Assembly: GCF_008065095.1 (NCBI RefSeq)
Contig: NZ_CP042911.1
Span: 1,500,001-1,532,000 of the forward strand
Source of the DNA: Gemmata obscuriglobus
Lineage (GTDB): Bacteria; Planctomycetota; Planctomycetia; Gemmatales; Gemmataceae
DNA: 32,000 bases
Direction: 5' to 3'
A program made the position numbers and the translations under genes. The notes under the pieces were generated by a model that was given only the letters and a program-made list of their open reading frames with translations, searched no databases and was not told the DNA's origin. This document shows positions 9,335 to 18,956 of this stretch, in pieces (the stretch's first letter is position 1; each line of letters starts with the position of its first letter).

Positions 9335-12175
9335 ATGGCGACGCGCGGGGGGCGGGCGGCCCCGGCAGTTCTGATGGCGGCGCGGCGCGCCACCGAGACG
9401 GATCGAGAGCTGCTGGACCGCTTCACCGCGGGCGACGACGCGGCGTTCGCGGCGCTCGTCGCCCGGCACACCGGGATGGTCCTGGGCGTGGGCCGGCGGG
9501 TGCTGCCGACGGTGCAGGACGCGGAGGACGCCTGCCAGGCCACGTTCCTGATCCTGGCCCAGAAAGCCGGTACGGTCAAGTGGCAGGCGTCGGTCGCCAA
9601 CTGGCTGTACGGCACGGCCCGCCGGATCGCGGCGCGGGCCAACCGCGCGGCGCGCCGGCGGGTCCGGCGTGAGGCGCGCCCGGCCCCGCCGGACGTGCCC
9701 TCCGCCCTCGACCAGATGACCGGGCGGGAGGCGTTCGCCGCGCTCGACGCCGAACTGGACCGGCTGCCGCCGATCTACCGCGAGCCGCTCGTGCTGTGCC
9801 ACCTTGAGGGGCTGGCGCGGGACGAGGCGGCGGCCCGCCTGGGTGTGCCGCCGGCCACGCTCAAGAGCCGCCTGGACCGCGGGCGCAAGCGGCTCGCCGA
9901 CGCCCTCGGCAAGAGGGGCATCGGGCTGGGCGCCGGACTGCTGGCCGTCGCCGCCACCTCCCCGGCGGGGGCGTCCCCGCCGCGACTGACCGAATCCGTG
10001 CTGGCCGCGGTCCGCGGTTCGCCGCCGGACGCCGTGGCCGCTCTCGCGAGGGAGGTTGCCGTGACCAGTTGGAAACTCAGGGGGCTGCTGGCTGTAGCAG
10101 CGGCCGCGGCGGGGCTCGGGCTCGCGCTCGCGGCGGGCACGAACCCCGACCCGCAAAAGCAGACCGATAAGGCGGAGAAATCGGCGACGAAGGCGGACGC
10201 GCCGCCGGCCAAGGCCGGCGAGCGAACGGTCCGGGGCACAGTTCTCGGCGTCGACGGGAAGCCGGTCGCAGGCGCCAAGATCTTCCGCCCGGCACTGAAA
10301 GGGCCGCGCCTCACGTCGCCGTCCGACATCGTCATGACCGAGGTCGCACGGACGGACGCCGCGGGCCAGTTCCACGCCACCCTGACTGACAAGTCCCCCT
10401 ACGACTACCTGATCGCCCAGGCGCCGGGGGCGGGCATTGACTGGGTCGAAAGCCCGGCCGGAGAGGTCACGCTCCGGCTGGTACCGGACGTGCCGATCCG
10501 CGGCCGCGTCATCACCACGGAGGGCAAACCCGCCCCCGGCGTCAGCGTCACGGCGGTGGGCGTGTACGTCCCGCTGAACGAGAAGCTCGACGACTACCTC
10601 ACGGGCTGGAAGGCGAGCCTGCACGAGGCCATGTCGTCCCCGACAAAGCGGGTGTACGTTCCGCCCACAGCGATCACCGGGGCCGCCACGACCGACGCCG
10701 ACGGGCGGTTCACGCTGAGCGGGCTCGGCGGCGAGCGCATCGTCCACCTGGTCGTCGAGGGCGGCGGGACGGCGCGGCAGAACCCGATGGTCATCACCCG
10801 CTCCGGATTCGACCCCAAGCCCTACAACGACGTGCTGCTCCGGAAGGAGCACCAGGATCTCCGCGAGCTGAACCACTTCCGCGGGCTGAACGGGCCGGAC
10901 CCGACGCTCGTGGCCGAGCGCGGCAAGACGATCGAAGGCACCGTCCTCGACGCCGCCACCGGCAAGCCCGTGGCCGGGGCCGCGGTCAGCACCCCGACGG
11001 GCTTCGGGGACGCGCTGGCGGCCGTGACCGGGGCGGACGGCAAGTACAAGCTGGTCGGCGTGGCCAAGCGCCCGAAGGGGTACGGGGTCCACGTCCAAAT
11101 GCCGGGCGGGGGCGGGTACATGAGCTCGTCCGGGACGGCCGCGGACACCGACGGGTTCGCGCCCGTCGCCCTCGACATCAAGCTGGCGCGGGGCGTGGTC
11201 GTCACCGGGCGGGTGATCGACAAGCAGACGGGCAAGGGCGTGCGGGCGGGCGTGCGGCTCGCCCCGCTGCCGGGGAACGCGTTCTTCGGTAAGGGGCCGG
11301 GTTCCGACTCCTACCGCTCTGACAAAACGATGCGCTCGACCGACAAGGACGGCAAGTTCCGCCTGACCACGATTCCGGGCCAGTCGCTGCTGATGGTGCA
11401 GGTATTCGGCGACGAGACGTTCAACGGCGCGCACCTGAACCCGTACCGCGGGGCCGAACCCGACCCGGCGCACAAGGAACTGTTCCGCTACGACCCGGAC
11501 GATGACACCTGGATGGTGACGGCCGCGGGCGGTTCCGTCGAGTTCCTCGGCACTGAACACGCGGTGCGAGTGGTCGACCTGAAGGAGACCGGTGAGACGG
11601 ACGTTGAGGTGACGGTCGACCGCGGGCGGACGGGGCGCATTGAGGTGCAGGACGCCGACGGCAAGCCGCTGACCGGGGCGTTCGTCGCGGGAGTGACGGC
11701 GTCGTGGCCGATCACCTACAAGCTGCCCGAATCCAGCGCCACGATCTACGCCCTGAGCCCGGACAAGCCGCGGACGATCGCCGTGTACCACCCGGCAAAG
11801 AACCTCGGGGCGGTGGCGACGATCCGCGGCGACGAGAAGGAGCCGGTCGTGGTGAAACTGGCGGCGGCGGGCACCGTGACCGGGCGGTTCGTCGACGCCG
11901 ACGGGGTGGCCCTGGCCGGGGCCGAGGTCACCGTGAACGCCCGGCAGAGGGTGTTCTCCGAACTGTACCGCTTCGCCGTGAAGGAGCGGCCGCAAACGGT
12001 GACCGACGCGAAGGGGGGCTTCACCCTGCCGGCAGTCGTGCCCGGGATGGCGTTCTACCTCCAGATTCGCAAGGGCGAGCAGTACTTCGGCGGCAAGCCG
12101 AAGCTCGGCCCGGTCACCCTGAAGCCCGGCGAGACGAACGCGTTCGGCGACCGCACGCTGGAAGTATTGCGATAA
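9335..12175 (+). CDS. ECF sigma-70 fusion with six CarboxypepD_reg-like modules (paralog 3 of 4), ~946 aa
   Basis: The ATG at 9335 is preceded by GGAGGAG. Sequence reads RELLDRFTAGDDAAFAALVARHTGMVLGVGRRVL...ANWLYGTARRIAARA; YREPLVLCHLEGLARDEAAARLGVPPATLKSRLDRGRKRL; VRGTVLGVDGKPVAGAKI, IEGTVLDAATGKPVAGAAV, VTGRFVDADGVALAGAEV. The listed ORF start at 9209 overlaps the end of paralog 2 and lacks support. Confidence 0.85.
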   Translation: MATRGGRAAPAVLMAARRATETDRELLDRFTAGDDAAFAALVARHTGMVLGVGRRVLPTVQDAEDACQATFLILAQKAGTVKWQASVANWLYGTARRIAARANRAARRRVRREARPAPPDVPSALDQMTGREAFAALDAELDRLPPIYREPLVLCHLEGLARDEAAARLGVPPATLKSRLDRGRKRLADALGKRGIGLGAGLLAVAATSPAGASPPRLTESVLAAVRGSPPDAVAALAREVAVTSWKLRGLLAVAAAAAGLGLALAAGTNPDPQKQTDKAEKSATKADAPPAKAGERTVRGTVLGVDGKPVAGAKIFRPALKGPRLTSPSDIVMTEVARTDAAGQFHATLTDKSPYDYLIAQAPGAGIDWVESPAGEVTLRLVPDVPIRGRVITTEGKPAPGVSVTAVGVYVPLNEKLDDYLTGWKASLHEAMSSPTKRVYVPPTAITGAATTDADGRFTLSGLGGERIVHLVVEGGGTARQNPMVITRSGFDPKPYNDVLLRKEHQDLRELNHFRGLNGPDPTLVAERGKTIEGTVLDAATGKPVAGAAVSTPTGFGDALAAVTGADGKYKLVGVAKRPKGYGVHVQMPGGGGYMSSSGTAADTDGFAPVALDIKLARGVVVTGRVIDKQTGKGVRAGVRLAPLPGNAFFGKGPGSDSYRSDKTMRSTDKDGKFRLTTIPGQSLLMVQVFGDETFNGAHLNPYRGAEPDPAHKELFRYDPDDDTWMVTAAGGSVEFLGTEHAVRVVDLKETGETDVEVTVDRGRTGRIEVQDADGKPLTGAFVAGVTASWPITYKLPESSATIYALSPDKPRTIAVYHPAKNLGAVATIRGDEKEPVVVKLAAAGTVTGRFVDADGVALAGAEVTVNARQRVFSELYRFAVKERPQTVTDAKGGFTLPAVVPGMAFYLQIRKGEQYFGGKPKLGPVTLKPGETNAFGDRTLEVLR

Positions 12176-12345
12176 CCCTACGCGAAACGACCTTCCGAGT
12201 GCGCGCAGCGAACTGCGGCGACACCGCGGTGCGGCCCGGTGCGGTGAGCGGCGCCGGAGCCGCGGTGGGGAAACCGGAGTGCGCGCTGCGGCCGACCGCG
12301 GCCCGGCGCACATGACACGGGTGAGGTCGGTTCGAGGGGCGTGTC

Positions 12346-15153
12346 ATGGCGAAGCAAGGGGCGGCGCTGCTGAAGGCGGCGCGGTCGGCGGAACGCGACG
12401 CACCGGCCAGCGACAAGGAGTTGCTGCGGCGGTTCGCGGAGGCCGGCGACCAGGCGGCGTTCGCGGCGGTGGCGGAGCGGCACGCGGGCATGGTGTTCGG
12501 CGTGTGCAAGCGGGTGCTCCACTCGCCGGCGGACGCCGAGGACGCGTGCCAGGCGGTGTTCCTGGTCCTGTCGAAGAGGGCCGGAGCGATCCGCTGGCAG
12601 GCGTCGGTGGCCAACTGGCTGTACGCCACCGCCCGCAAGGTCGCCCGGAACGCCCGCGTCGCGGCCGCGCGCCGGACCCGGCGCGAGGCGGCCGCGGCGG
12701 TGACCGAAGCGGTGCCGCCGGCGGACGCCCGGACCGGTCCGGAACTGCTGGCGGCGCTGGACGAGGAGCTGGAGCGGCTGCCGCCGCGGTACCGCGAGCC
12801 GCTGATCCTGTGCTACCTGGAAGGGCTGACGCGGGACGAGGCCGCGACCCGCCTGGGGGTGCCGGTCGCGACGCTCAAGAGCCAACTCGAACGCGGTCGG
12901 AAGAAGCTGGCCGACGCGCTCACCGCCCGCGGGTGCGCGCTCGGCGTGGCCCTGCTGCTGACCACGACCTCCTCGGCGGGGGCGTCCCCGCCGCGACTGA
13001 CCAAGTCCGTGATGGCCGCGGCGAACGGTTCGCCGTCTCCCGCCGCGGCCGCACTCGCACAGGGGGTTGCCGTGACCGGAACACTCGCGCGGACAAAGTT
13101 GGCGATACTGGCGGCGGTCGGGGCCGCGGCGCTCGGGTTCGGGGTCGCGTCGGTGCCGGTCGCGGCCGGCCCGCACACACCCGCCGGGACGCGCGGCGAG
13201 CCGCCGGCGAGAGCATTGGCCCCTGTATCACCGCAGCAGCCGGTGCGGAGGATCAAGGGGACCGTGACGGGGCCGGACGGCAAGCCGGTGGCGGGGGCGA
13301 AAGTGTGGGTGGGCGAGGCCGGGGATCTGATCGCAGCGAACCGCCCGGCCCCGGAGCACGTCGCCACGACCGACGAGGGCGGCCAGTTCGTCATCACCCG
13401 GAGGGCGAACGGCGGGCGCGTCTGGGCGATGATCGCGGCGACGAAGGACGGGTTCGGCCCCGGCTTTGATTACACGACCGAAGTGCCCGGCGACGGCACC
13501 GCGCTCCGCTGTTCGCTCACGCTGGTGAAGGGCGACGTGAACCTCGACGGCCGCGTCATCGATCTCCAGGGCAAGCCGGTCGTCGGGGCCACCGTCCGGC
13601 CGGTCACCCTGTACCGCACCGACGGTTCGACACTCGACGCCTGGGAGGCGGCCGCGCGGCGGAGCACGGCGCAGGCGGGGAGCGGGTTCAATACCTTCTT
13701 CCCGCAGTCCTTGCGACTCCAGGACGGCCCGCTCGCGGGGATCAACGCGGTGAAGACGGACAAGGACGGGCGGTTCACGATCACCGGCCTCGGCCGCGAC
13801 CGGCTGGTCACGCTCCGGGTGTCCGGAGCGGGCATCGCCACGAGCGAGTTCGACGCCGTGACGCGGGCCATGACCACGATCCGGTCGCCGCGGGACCAGT
13901 TGGAGTCGCAATACACCCCGCGGACGTACTACGGGGCGAAGTTCGACTACACCGTCGAGCCGAGCCAACCTTTCGTCGGCGTCGTGACGGACGCGGCGAC
14001 CGGGAAACCGGTGCCGGGTGTAGTCGTCCGCCGGCGGCTGGGCTGGCTAGACGCGACACAGGCCGTCACCGGCGCGGACGGCAAGTACACGCTGGACGGG
14101 CTGCCGACCGGCGAGCAAGAGTTGCTCGCCGTCCCGCCGCTCGACATCCCGTACCACCTGCGGGTGTTCAAAGCCGGGCGGTCGGCGAACGACCAGCCGG
14201 TGACGGCGAACGTCGAACTGTACCGCGGGGTGTGGGTGTGCGGAACCGTGACCGACCGAGCGACGGGCAAGCCCGTGGAGGGGGTGATCAGTTACCGACC
14301 GGGGGACACCCCGGAGACCCCCGGATACTCCCCCCGCGGGTTCGACGACGCGACGTGGTACGGCACCGACAAGGACGGCAAGTTCCGGGTGTTAGCCGTG
14401 CCGGGCGAGGGGTACGTGTTCGTCCGGACGTACGGCCGCTACCTCACCGCCGACCAGTTCGACTGGCAGGGGGATCTGAAGGACACGACCCCGCGCACGC
14501 TCACCGACTCCGCGCCCGTGGAGATCGCTTCCAACTGGAACGCCATCGCCGTGGTGACGGTCGCCGAGGGCAAGCCGGTGAAAGAGTACGCCGTGACGGT
14601 CGACCCGGGGACGACAGTGAAGGCCCGGATCGCGGACCCGGACGGCAACCCACTGGCCGGGGCGAAAGTGACGCAGCGGACGAACTTCAGCCCGTTCGAG
14701 GTCGGCCGGGTCGACACCGCCGACGTGGCGTTCGAGCGTGTGAACGCCAAGCGCCCGCGAGAGGTGCTGGTGCTGCACGCCGAGAAGCGGCTCGGCGTGC
14801 GGGCGACCACGACGCCCGCGGCAAAGGGGGCGACGGAGATCCGGCTGCAACCGACCGCGACGGCGACGGGGCGACTGCTGAGCGACGACGGCAAACCACT
14901 GGCGAACGTGCCGGTCGAAATCCGGTACACGCTGAGCGACGGGTTCGGGTGGAAGGCGACCGAGTTGCACCCCCAGGCGACGACCGACAAGGACGGCAAG
15001 TTCGTCGCCACGAACCTGATCGCCGGGGTGAGCTACGAACTCCGGTGGCCCCGCCCGGCCCCGAAGAAGGCGAACGCCTACCACCCGTTCGCGGTGAAAA
15101 GCGGCGAGCAGAAAGACCTGGGCGACCTGGGCAAAAAATCCGACGGGGAGTGA
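12346..15153 (+). CDS. ECF sigma-70 fusion with six CarboxypepD_reg-like modules (paralog 4 of 4), 935 aa
   Basis: KELLRRFAEAGDQAAFAAVAERHAGMVFGVCKRVL...ANWLYATARKVARNA; YREPLILCYLEGLTRDEAATRLGVPVATLKSQLERGRKKL; IKGTVTGPDGKPVAGAKV, LDGRVIDLQGKPVVGATV, ATGRLLSDDGKPLANVPV. GAGGGG lies upstream of the ATG. Confidence 0.85.
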   Translation: MAKQGAALLKAARSAERDAPASDKELLRRFAEAGDQAAFAAVAERHAGMVFGVCKRVLHSPADAEDACQAVFLVLSKRAGAIRWQASVANWLYATARKVARNARVAAARRTRREAAAAVTEAVPPADARTGPELLAALDEELERLPPRYREPLILCYLEGLTRDEAATRLGVPVATLKSQLERGRKKLADALTARGCALGVALLLTTTSSAGASPPRLTKSVMAAANGSPSPAAAALAQGVAVTGTLARTKLAILAAVGAAALGFGVASVPVAAGPHTPAGTRGEPPARALAPVSPQQPVRRIKGTVTGPDGKPVAGAKVWVGEAGDLIAANRPAPEHVATTDEGGQFVITRRANGGRVWAMIAATKDGFGPGFDYTTEVPGDGTALRCSLTLVKGDVNLDGRVIDLQGKPVVGATVRPVTLYRTDGSTLDAWEAAARRSTAQAGSGFNTFFPQSLRLQDGPLAGINAVKTDKDGRFTITGLGRDRLVTLRVSGAGIATSEFDAVTRAMTTIRSPRDQLESQYTPRTYYGAKFDYTVEPSQPFVGVVTDAATGKPVPGVVVRRRLGWLDATQAVTGADGKYTLDGLPTGEQELLAVPPLDIPYHLRVFKAGRSANDQPVTANVELYRGVWVCGTVTDRATGKPVEGVISYRPGDTPETPGYSPRGFDDATWYGTDKDGKFRVLAVPGEGYVFVRTYGRYLTADQFDWQGDLKDTTPRTLTDSAPVEIASNWNAIAVVTVAEGKPVKEYAVTVDPGTTVKARIADPDGNPLAGAKVTQRTNFSPFEVGRVDTADVAFERVNAKRPREVLVLHAEKRLGVRATTTPAAKGATEIRLQPTATATGRLLSDDGKPLANVPVEIRYTLSDGFGWKATELHPQATTDKDGKFVATNLIAGVSYELRWPRPAPKKANAYHPFAVKSGEQKDLGDLGKKSDGE

Positions 15154-15156
15154 CCT

Positions 15157-16482
15157 ATGTCAGAGAACCCTTGGGCACCCTATGTGCCCGACGGCAAGCA
15201 CCCGTGGGACCTGGCGCGGGTGGTCCACCTGCACCGCCGGGCTGCGTTCGCCGGGACCTGGGGCGAGTTGCAGCGCGACCTGAAGGACGGCCCCGAGAAG
15301 GCCGTCCGCCGGCTGCTCGACGGCACCGCGAACGCTCGGCCCGCGGCCGACTACGACCACACGGCCCGGCTGCTGTTCGACGCGGCCGAGTCACAGGGCG
15401 ACATCGGGCGGCTGAAGGCGGGGTGGTTCTACCGCTTCCTCTTCGGACCGCACCCGCTCCGCGAGAAGCTCACCCTGCTGTGGCACGACCACTTCGCCAC
15501 GGCGAACAGCAAGGTGGCGGACGCGGGGCTGATGCGGCGGCAGAACGAGGCCCTGCGTCAGCACGCGGCCGGCCCGTTCGCGGCGCTGCTGAACGCGGCC
15601 GTCCGCGAGCCGGCCCTGCTGCTGTACCTCGACGCACCGACGAACCGCAAGGGGCACGCGAACGAGAACCTCGGGCGCGAGCTGCTGGAACTGTTCACGC
15701 TCGGCGTCGGGAACTACTCCGAGGCGGACGTCAAGGAGGCCGCCCGTGCGCTCACCGGCTGGAGCGTGGACGAGGGCCGGTTCGTCGAGGTCCCGGAGCG
15801 GCACGACGGTGGCGTGAAGACCGTCCTGGGGCGCACCGCGGAGTTCGACGGCGCGGCCCTCGTGAACCTGTTGCTGAAGCACCCGGCGGTCGCGGACCGC
15901 ATCGTCGCAAAGCTCGTTCGCCAGTTCTTCGGCGAGGGGGGCGTCCCGACGGACGCCGCGAAGCAGCTCGCCGCGGGGCTGCGCGAGCGCGAGCTAGATG
16001 TCGGCTGGGCGGTCGAGACGGTACTGAGGTCGCGGCTCTTCTCCGCTGAAGCGAACATCCGAACGCGGGTGCTGATGCCGGTCGAGTTCGTCGTCGGCGC
16101 GGCCCGGGCGCTGGAGCTGTTCGACCCGCCCCCGAGTACGCTGGCGATGGCCGACTGGTCCGCGCGCATGGGGCAGGACGTGTTCGACCCGCCGAACGTG
16201 GGCGGGTGGCCGGTCGGTCGGAAGTGGGTCCACGCCCGCAGCCTGATCGCCCGGTCGAACTACGCCGCCGCGCTCGTGACCGGGCCGCATAGCGGGCGGA
16301 GCGAGCCCTACGACCCCGCCGCCGGCGCGAAGGCCCGCGGGTTCGACGACGTGCTGACGTTCCACCACCGCCTGCTGTTCGGCACCGACCCGTCGGCCGA
16401 GATGCGCGCGCGGCTGGGCAAGCTCGCCCCGCCGAAGCTGGTCATCGCTCTTCTGTCGTCGCCGGAAGCCCAACTGGGCTGA
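15157..16482 (+). CDS. DUF1800 domain protein
   Basis: Hallmark string ANENLGRELLELFTLGVGNYSEADVKEAARALTGWSV, plus LTLLWHDHFATA. The ATG lies 3 nt after the stop of paralog 4, and GGGGAG sits 6 nt upstream, inside the end of that gene. Confidence 0.85.
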   Translation: MSENPWAPYVPDGKHPWDLARVVHLHRRAAFAGTWGELQRDLKDGPEKAVRRLLDGTANARPAADYDHTARLLFDAAESQGDIGRLKAGWFYRFLFGPHPLREKLTLLWHDHFATANSKVADAGLMRRQNEALRQHAAGPFAALLNAAVREPALLLYLDAPTNRKGHANENLGRELLELFTLGVGNYSEADVKEAARALTGWSVDEGRFVEVPERHDGGVKTVLGRTAEFDGAALVNLLLKHPAVADRIVAKLVRQFFGEGGVPTDAAKQLAAGLRERELDVGWAVETVLRSRLFSAEANIRTRVLMPVEFVVGAARALELFDPPPSTLAMADWSARMGQDVFDPPNVGGWPVGRKWVHARSLIARSNYAAALVTGPHSGRSEPYDPAAGAKARGFDDVLTFHHRLLFGTDPSAEMRARLGKLAPPKLVIALLSSPEAQLG

Positions 16483-16556
16483 AGTGCGTCTCTCGACCGG
16501 GGCCGACGGTTCGGCCCGCGGTCGCCCCCTCGACCGATCCCGAACCTGAGGCCGCT

Positions 16557-17717
16557 ATGCACACCCGACGCTCGTTTTTGCAGTCGTCCGCAGTTCTTGC
16601 TCTCGCTCCTACGGTTCCGCTGTTCGTCTCGCGGTCGCTCGCATCCGCGCCCGCGGACAGGGACGCGCGCGTCCTCGTCGTGGTCGAACTCGACGGGGGG
16701 AACGACGCGTTGAACACCGTCGTCCCGCTCGCCGACGAGACCTACGCCCGCCTCCGCCCGAAGCTGAAGCACGACCCGAAACGGCTGCGAAAGCTCACCG
16801 ACTCGATCGGCCTGCACCCGGCTCTCAAGCCGCTCGACAAGTTGCTCGACGCGGGGCGGCTGGCGGTGCTGCCCGGCGTGGGGTATCCGAACCCGAACCG
16901 CTCGCACTTCGAGAGCATGGCGCGGTGGCACACTGCCAGCCTCGACCCGGAGGAGCTGACGGGGTACGGGTGGCTCGGCCGGGCGCTGGACCCGAGCGGC
17001 GGGAGCCTGTTCGCGGTCGGCGGCGAGGTGTCGCCGGCGCTCCGCGGGCGGCGCAGCTCGGCGGTCGCGTTCAAGCGGCTCGAAGAGTTGCACCTCGCAG
17101 ACGCGGCGGCGCGGCAGGGCGTGGGGCGGGACACGTCCGAAGACCTGCTGGGCTTCGTGCGGCGGCAGGCGGTGGACGCACACACCGCCGCCGACAAGCT
17201 CGCGCGGCTCGCGAGTACCACCAGCGGGCCGTCGTACCCGCAATCGGAACTCGCGAACCGGCTCCAACTGACGGCCCGGCTGATGAAGAGCGGCGTCGGG
17301 GCGCGGGTGTTCTACACCCAACAGAGCGGCTACGACACGCACTCGCAACAACAGTTCACGCACGCGAACCTGCTGAGCGAGTTCGCCGAGGCGGTGGCGG
17401 CGTTCTTCGCCGACCTGAGCGAATCGAAACTCGCCGACCGGGTGGCCCTGCTCGCGTTCAGCGAGTTCGGGCGGACGATCAAGGAGAACGGCTCGGTCGG
17501 GACCGACCACGGGACGGCCGGGGCGTGCTTCGTCGCCGCCCCGAACGTGAAAGCGCCCGTGGCCGGGGCCATGCCGAACCTGACCGACCTGGACGGGGGC
17601 GAGCCGAAGATGACGACCGACTTCCGCGCGGTGTACGCGGCTCTGCTCCGCGACTGGCTCGGGCTCGGGGAGAGGCTGGGACAAGGAATTGCTCCCGTCT
17701 CGCTTGGGGCGTGGTGA
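16557..17717 (+). CDS. DUF1501 domain protein (sulfatase-like fold) with a twin-arginine-type signal
   Basis: N-terminus MHTRRSFLQSSAVLALAPT, then VVELDGGNDALNTVVP, GYPNPNRSHFESM, GYDTHSQQ, GTDHGTAG. This is the classic partner of DUF1800 in Planctomycetota/Verrucomicrobiota. GAGG lies 5 nt upstream. Confidence 0.85.
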   Translation: MHTRRSFLQSSAVLALAPTVPLFVSRSLASAPADRDARVLVVVELDGGNDALNTVVPLADETYARLRPKLKHDPKRLRKLTDSIGLHPALKPLDKLLDAGRLAVLPGVGYPNPNRSHFESMARWHTASLDPEELTGYGWLGRALDPSGGSLFAVGGEVSPALRGRRSSAVAFKRLEELHLADAAARQGVGRDTSEDLLGFVRRQAVDAHTAADKLARLASTTSGPSYPQSELANRLQLTARLMKSGVGARVFYTQQSGYDTHSQQQFTHANLLSEFAEAVAAFFADLSESKLADRVALLAFSEFGRTIKENGSVGTDHGTAGACFVAAPNVKAPVAGAMPNLTDLDGGEPKMTTDFRAVYAALLRDWLGLGERLGQGIAPVSLGAW

Positions 17718-18531
17718 CGGGCGGGGGGGCGAAATTGACTCCGGTCTGGCGTCCGGTTGTGTCCTGCACGCGTTGCACGGCCGGGAATGCCAACCATTCG
17801 GCGAGCGACCACACGTGATCGGTGAACCCGGCGACCATCGCCGGGGTTTGTGCCCGATAGCGGCCGTCCTCGCATTTGGCGCGTAGGGTCCGCATGTGCC
17901 AGCAGAAGTTGTCGCTGAAGTAGCGGAACGCGGTGGCGGCCCGGTGCGTGTCCCAGTCCTTGGAGAACCCGTAACCCTTGCGAACCTTGCGGCTACAGCG
18001 GTTCCGGTCGGTCCCGTTGTGCCGCTCCACGAAGCACGTGTTCACCACGGTGCTCACGGCCGGGGCCGCCAGCCCGGCGGCCCCGGTCCCGAACACCACC
18101 CGCGTGCTCACCCGCACCACCCGATTGTTCTTCTTCTCCTTGTGGACGGTGGCGTACGTCACCGCCGGTGGGACCACCGTGTATGGGTTCCGAGGGCGAC
18201 CCGGGCGACCGGTCCGCGGCGGGACGACCACGTGCCCGTAGGCGTCCCGGATGGCCTCCTCGTACACGGGGTACTCGTCGGATGTCATCAGCCGCATCAC
18301 CCGCCCCCCGGTCCGCCGGCGGAAGTCCCGGACCAGCGCGTGGGTCGCGTCGGCGGTCCGCTTGCCCACCACCACGCTCACCACCAGTCAGCTCTCCGGG
18401 TCCAGAGCCACGTGGTCCCAACAGTCCCCCCGTCGGGCGTTCTCGGGGTCGCAACTCTTCTGCTTCTGGCCGACGAAGGCCCACTTCTCGTCGAACGGGA
18501 CCTCATGGGTCTTGGGGGGAAAAAGCGACTC
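17479..18531 (-). pseudogene. IS1-like transposase catalytic part (InsB-like), interrupted
   Basis: This frame is +1 relative to the InsA-like ORF. It reads ...EVPFDEKWAFVGQKQKSCDPENARRGDCWDHVALDPES, then an in-frame TGA (18390-18388), then LVVSVVVGKRTADATH...TSDEYPVYEEAI...CFVERHNGTDRNRC...TPAMVAGFTDHVWSLAEWL. The frame stays open ~90 codons past the conserved end, running antisense into the DUF1501 gene until 17479. Confidence 0.65.
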
Positions 18532-18956
18532 ACTCGTCGTGCCGTTGGGTCGCGTGGTCGCCGGTCAGTCGGATGCACCAAGTGACGGTGTCGGGGTGCA
18601 CCCCGGTGAACCGAGCGGTCTTGCGGGTGCCGATCCCTTCGGCCACGTGGGCCAGGACCGCGACCGCCGTCGTCGGGGTGCGCCGTGTCCCGAATAGGGG
18701 CGTGCCCTTGCGCTCCGAGAACCGGGCCTTGCAGGTCGAGCACCGGAGCATCCGACGGGACTTATTCGGTCCATACCGCGAGGTCGCCGTCAGATTCCCG
18801 TGCCCCCGCTTCCCGACGTCGGCACAGCCCGGGTTCTGACAACAGAACGGCCCCAACTCGTCCATGATCCGTACCCTCGGTTCGCACCCCGCCCGAATTG
18901 ACCGAAATCGTTCTACGCCACGAGGACGCGGTTGTGCAGCGCAAGTAGGTCACCAC
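17711..18956 (-). mobile_element. IS1-family-like insertion sequence, apparently degenerate; boundaries approximate
   Basis: It contains zinc-finger/HTH-like and DDE-like transposase segments on the minus strand. Candidate ends are an 8-bp inverted pair GTGGTGAC (17711-17718) / GTCACCAC (18949-18956), or an imperfect 16-17-bp GC-rich inverted pair at 17718-17734 / 18880-18895. Neither pair is flanked by a clear target duplication. Confidence 0.55.
18530..18865 (-). CDS. IS1-like transposase N-terminal part (InsA-like: Cys-rich zinc finger + HTH)
   Basis: MDELGPFCCQNPGCADVGKRGHGNL...RMLRCSTCKARFSERKGTPLF...GIGTRKTARFTGVHPDTVTW. It ends at TGA 18532-18530, immediately before a T5C6 run on the coding strand. 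Confidence 0.7.
   Translation of the reverse strand: MDELGPFCCQNPGCADVGKRGHGNLTATSRYGPNKSRRMLRCSTCKARFSERKGTPLFGTRRTPTTAVAVLAHVAEGIGTRKTARFTGVHPDTVTWCIRLTGDHATQRHDE

Noticed and set aside
8987-12313. 1108-aa minus-strand ORF covering all of sigma-fusion paralog 3
   Set aside because: Its translation is Arg/Pro/Gly/Ala-rich low-complexity text with no motifs. It lies antisense to a gene with strong family signatures. This is the typical stop-codon-poor shadow ORF of very GC-rich DNA.
14232-16049. 605-aa plus-strand ORF bridging paralog 4 and the DUF1800 gene in another frame
   Set aside because: It overlaps two well-supported genes out of frame and its sequence is Arg/Gly/Pro-rich. It is a GC artefact.
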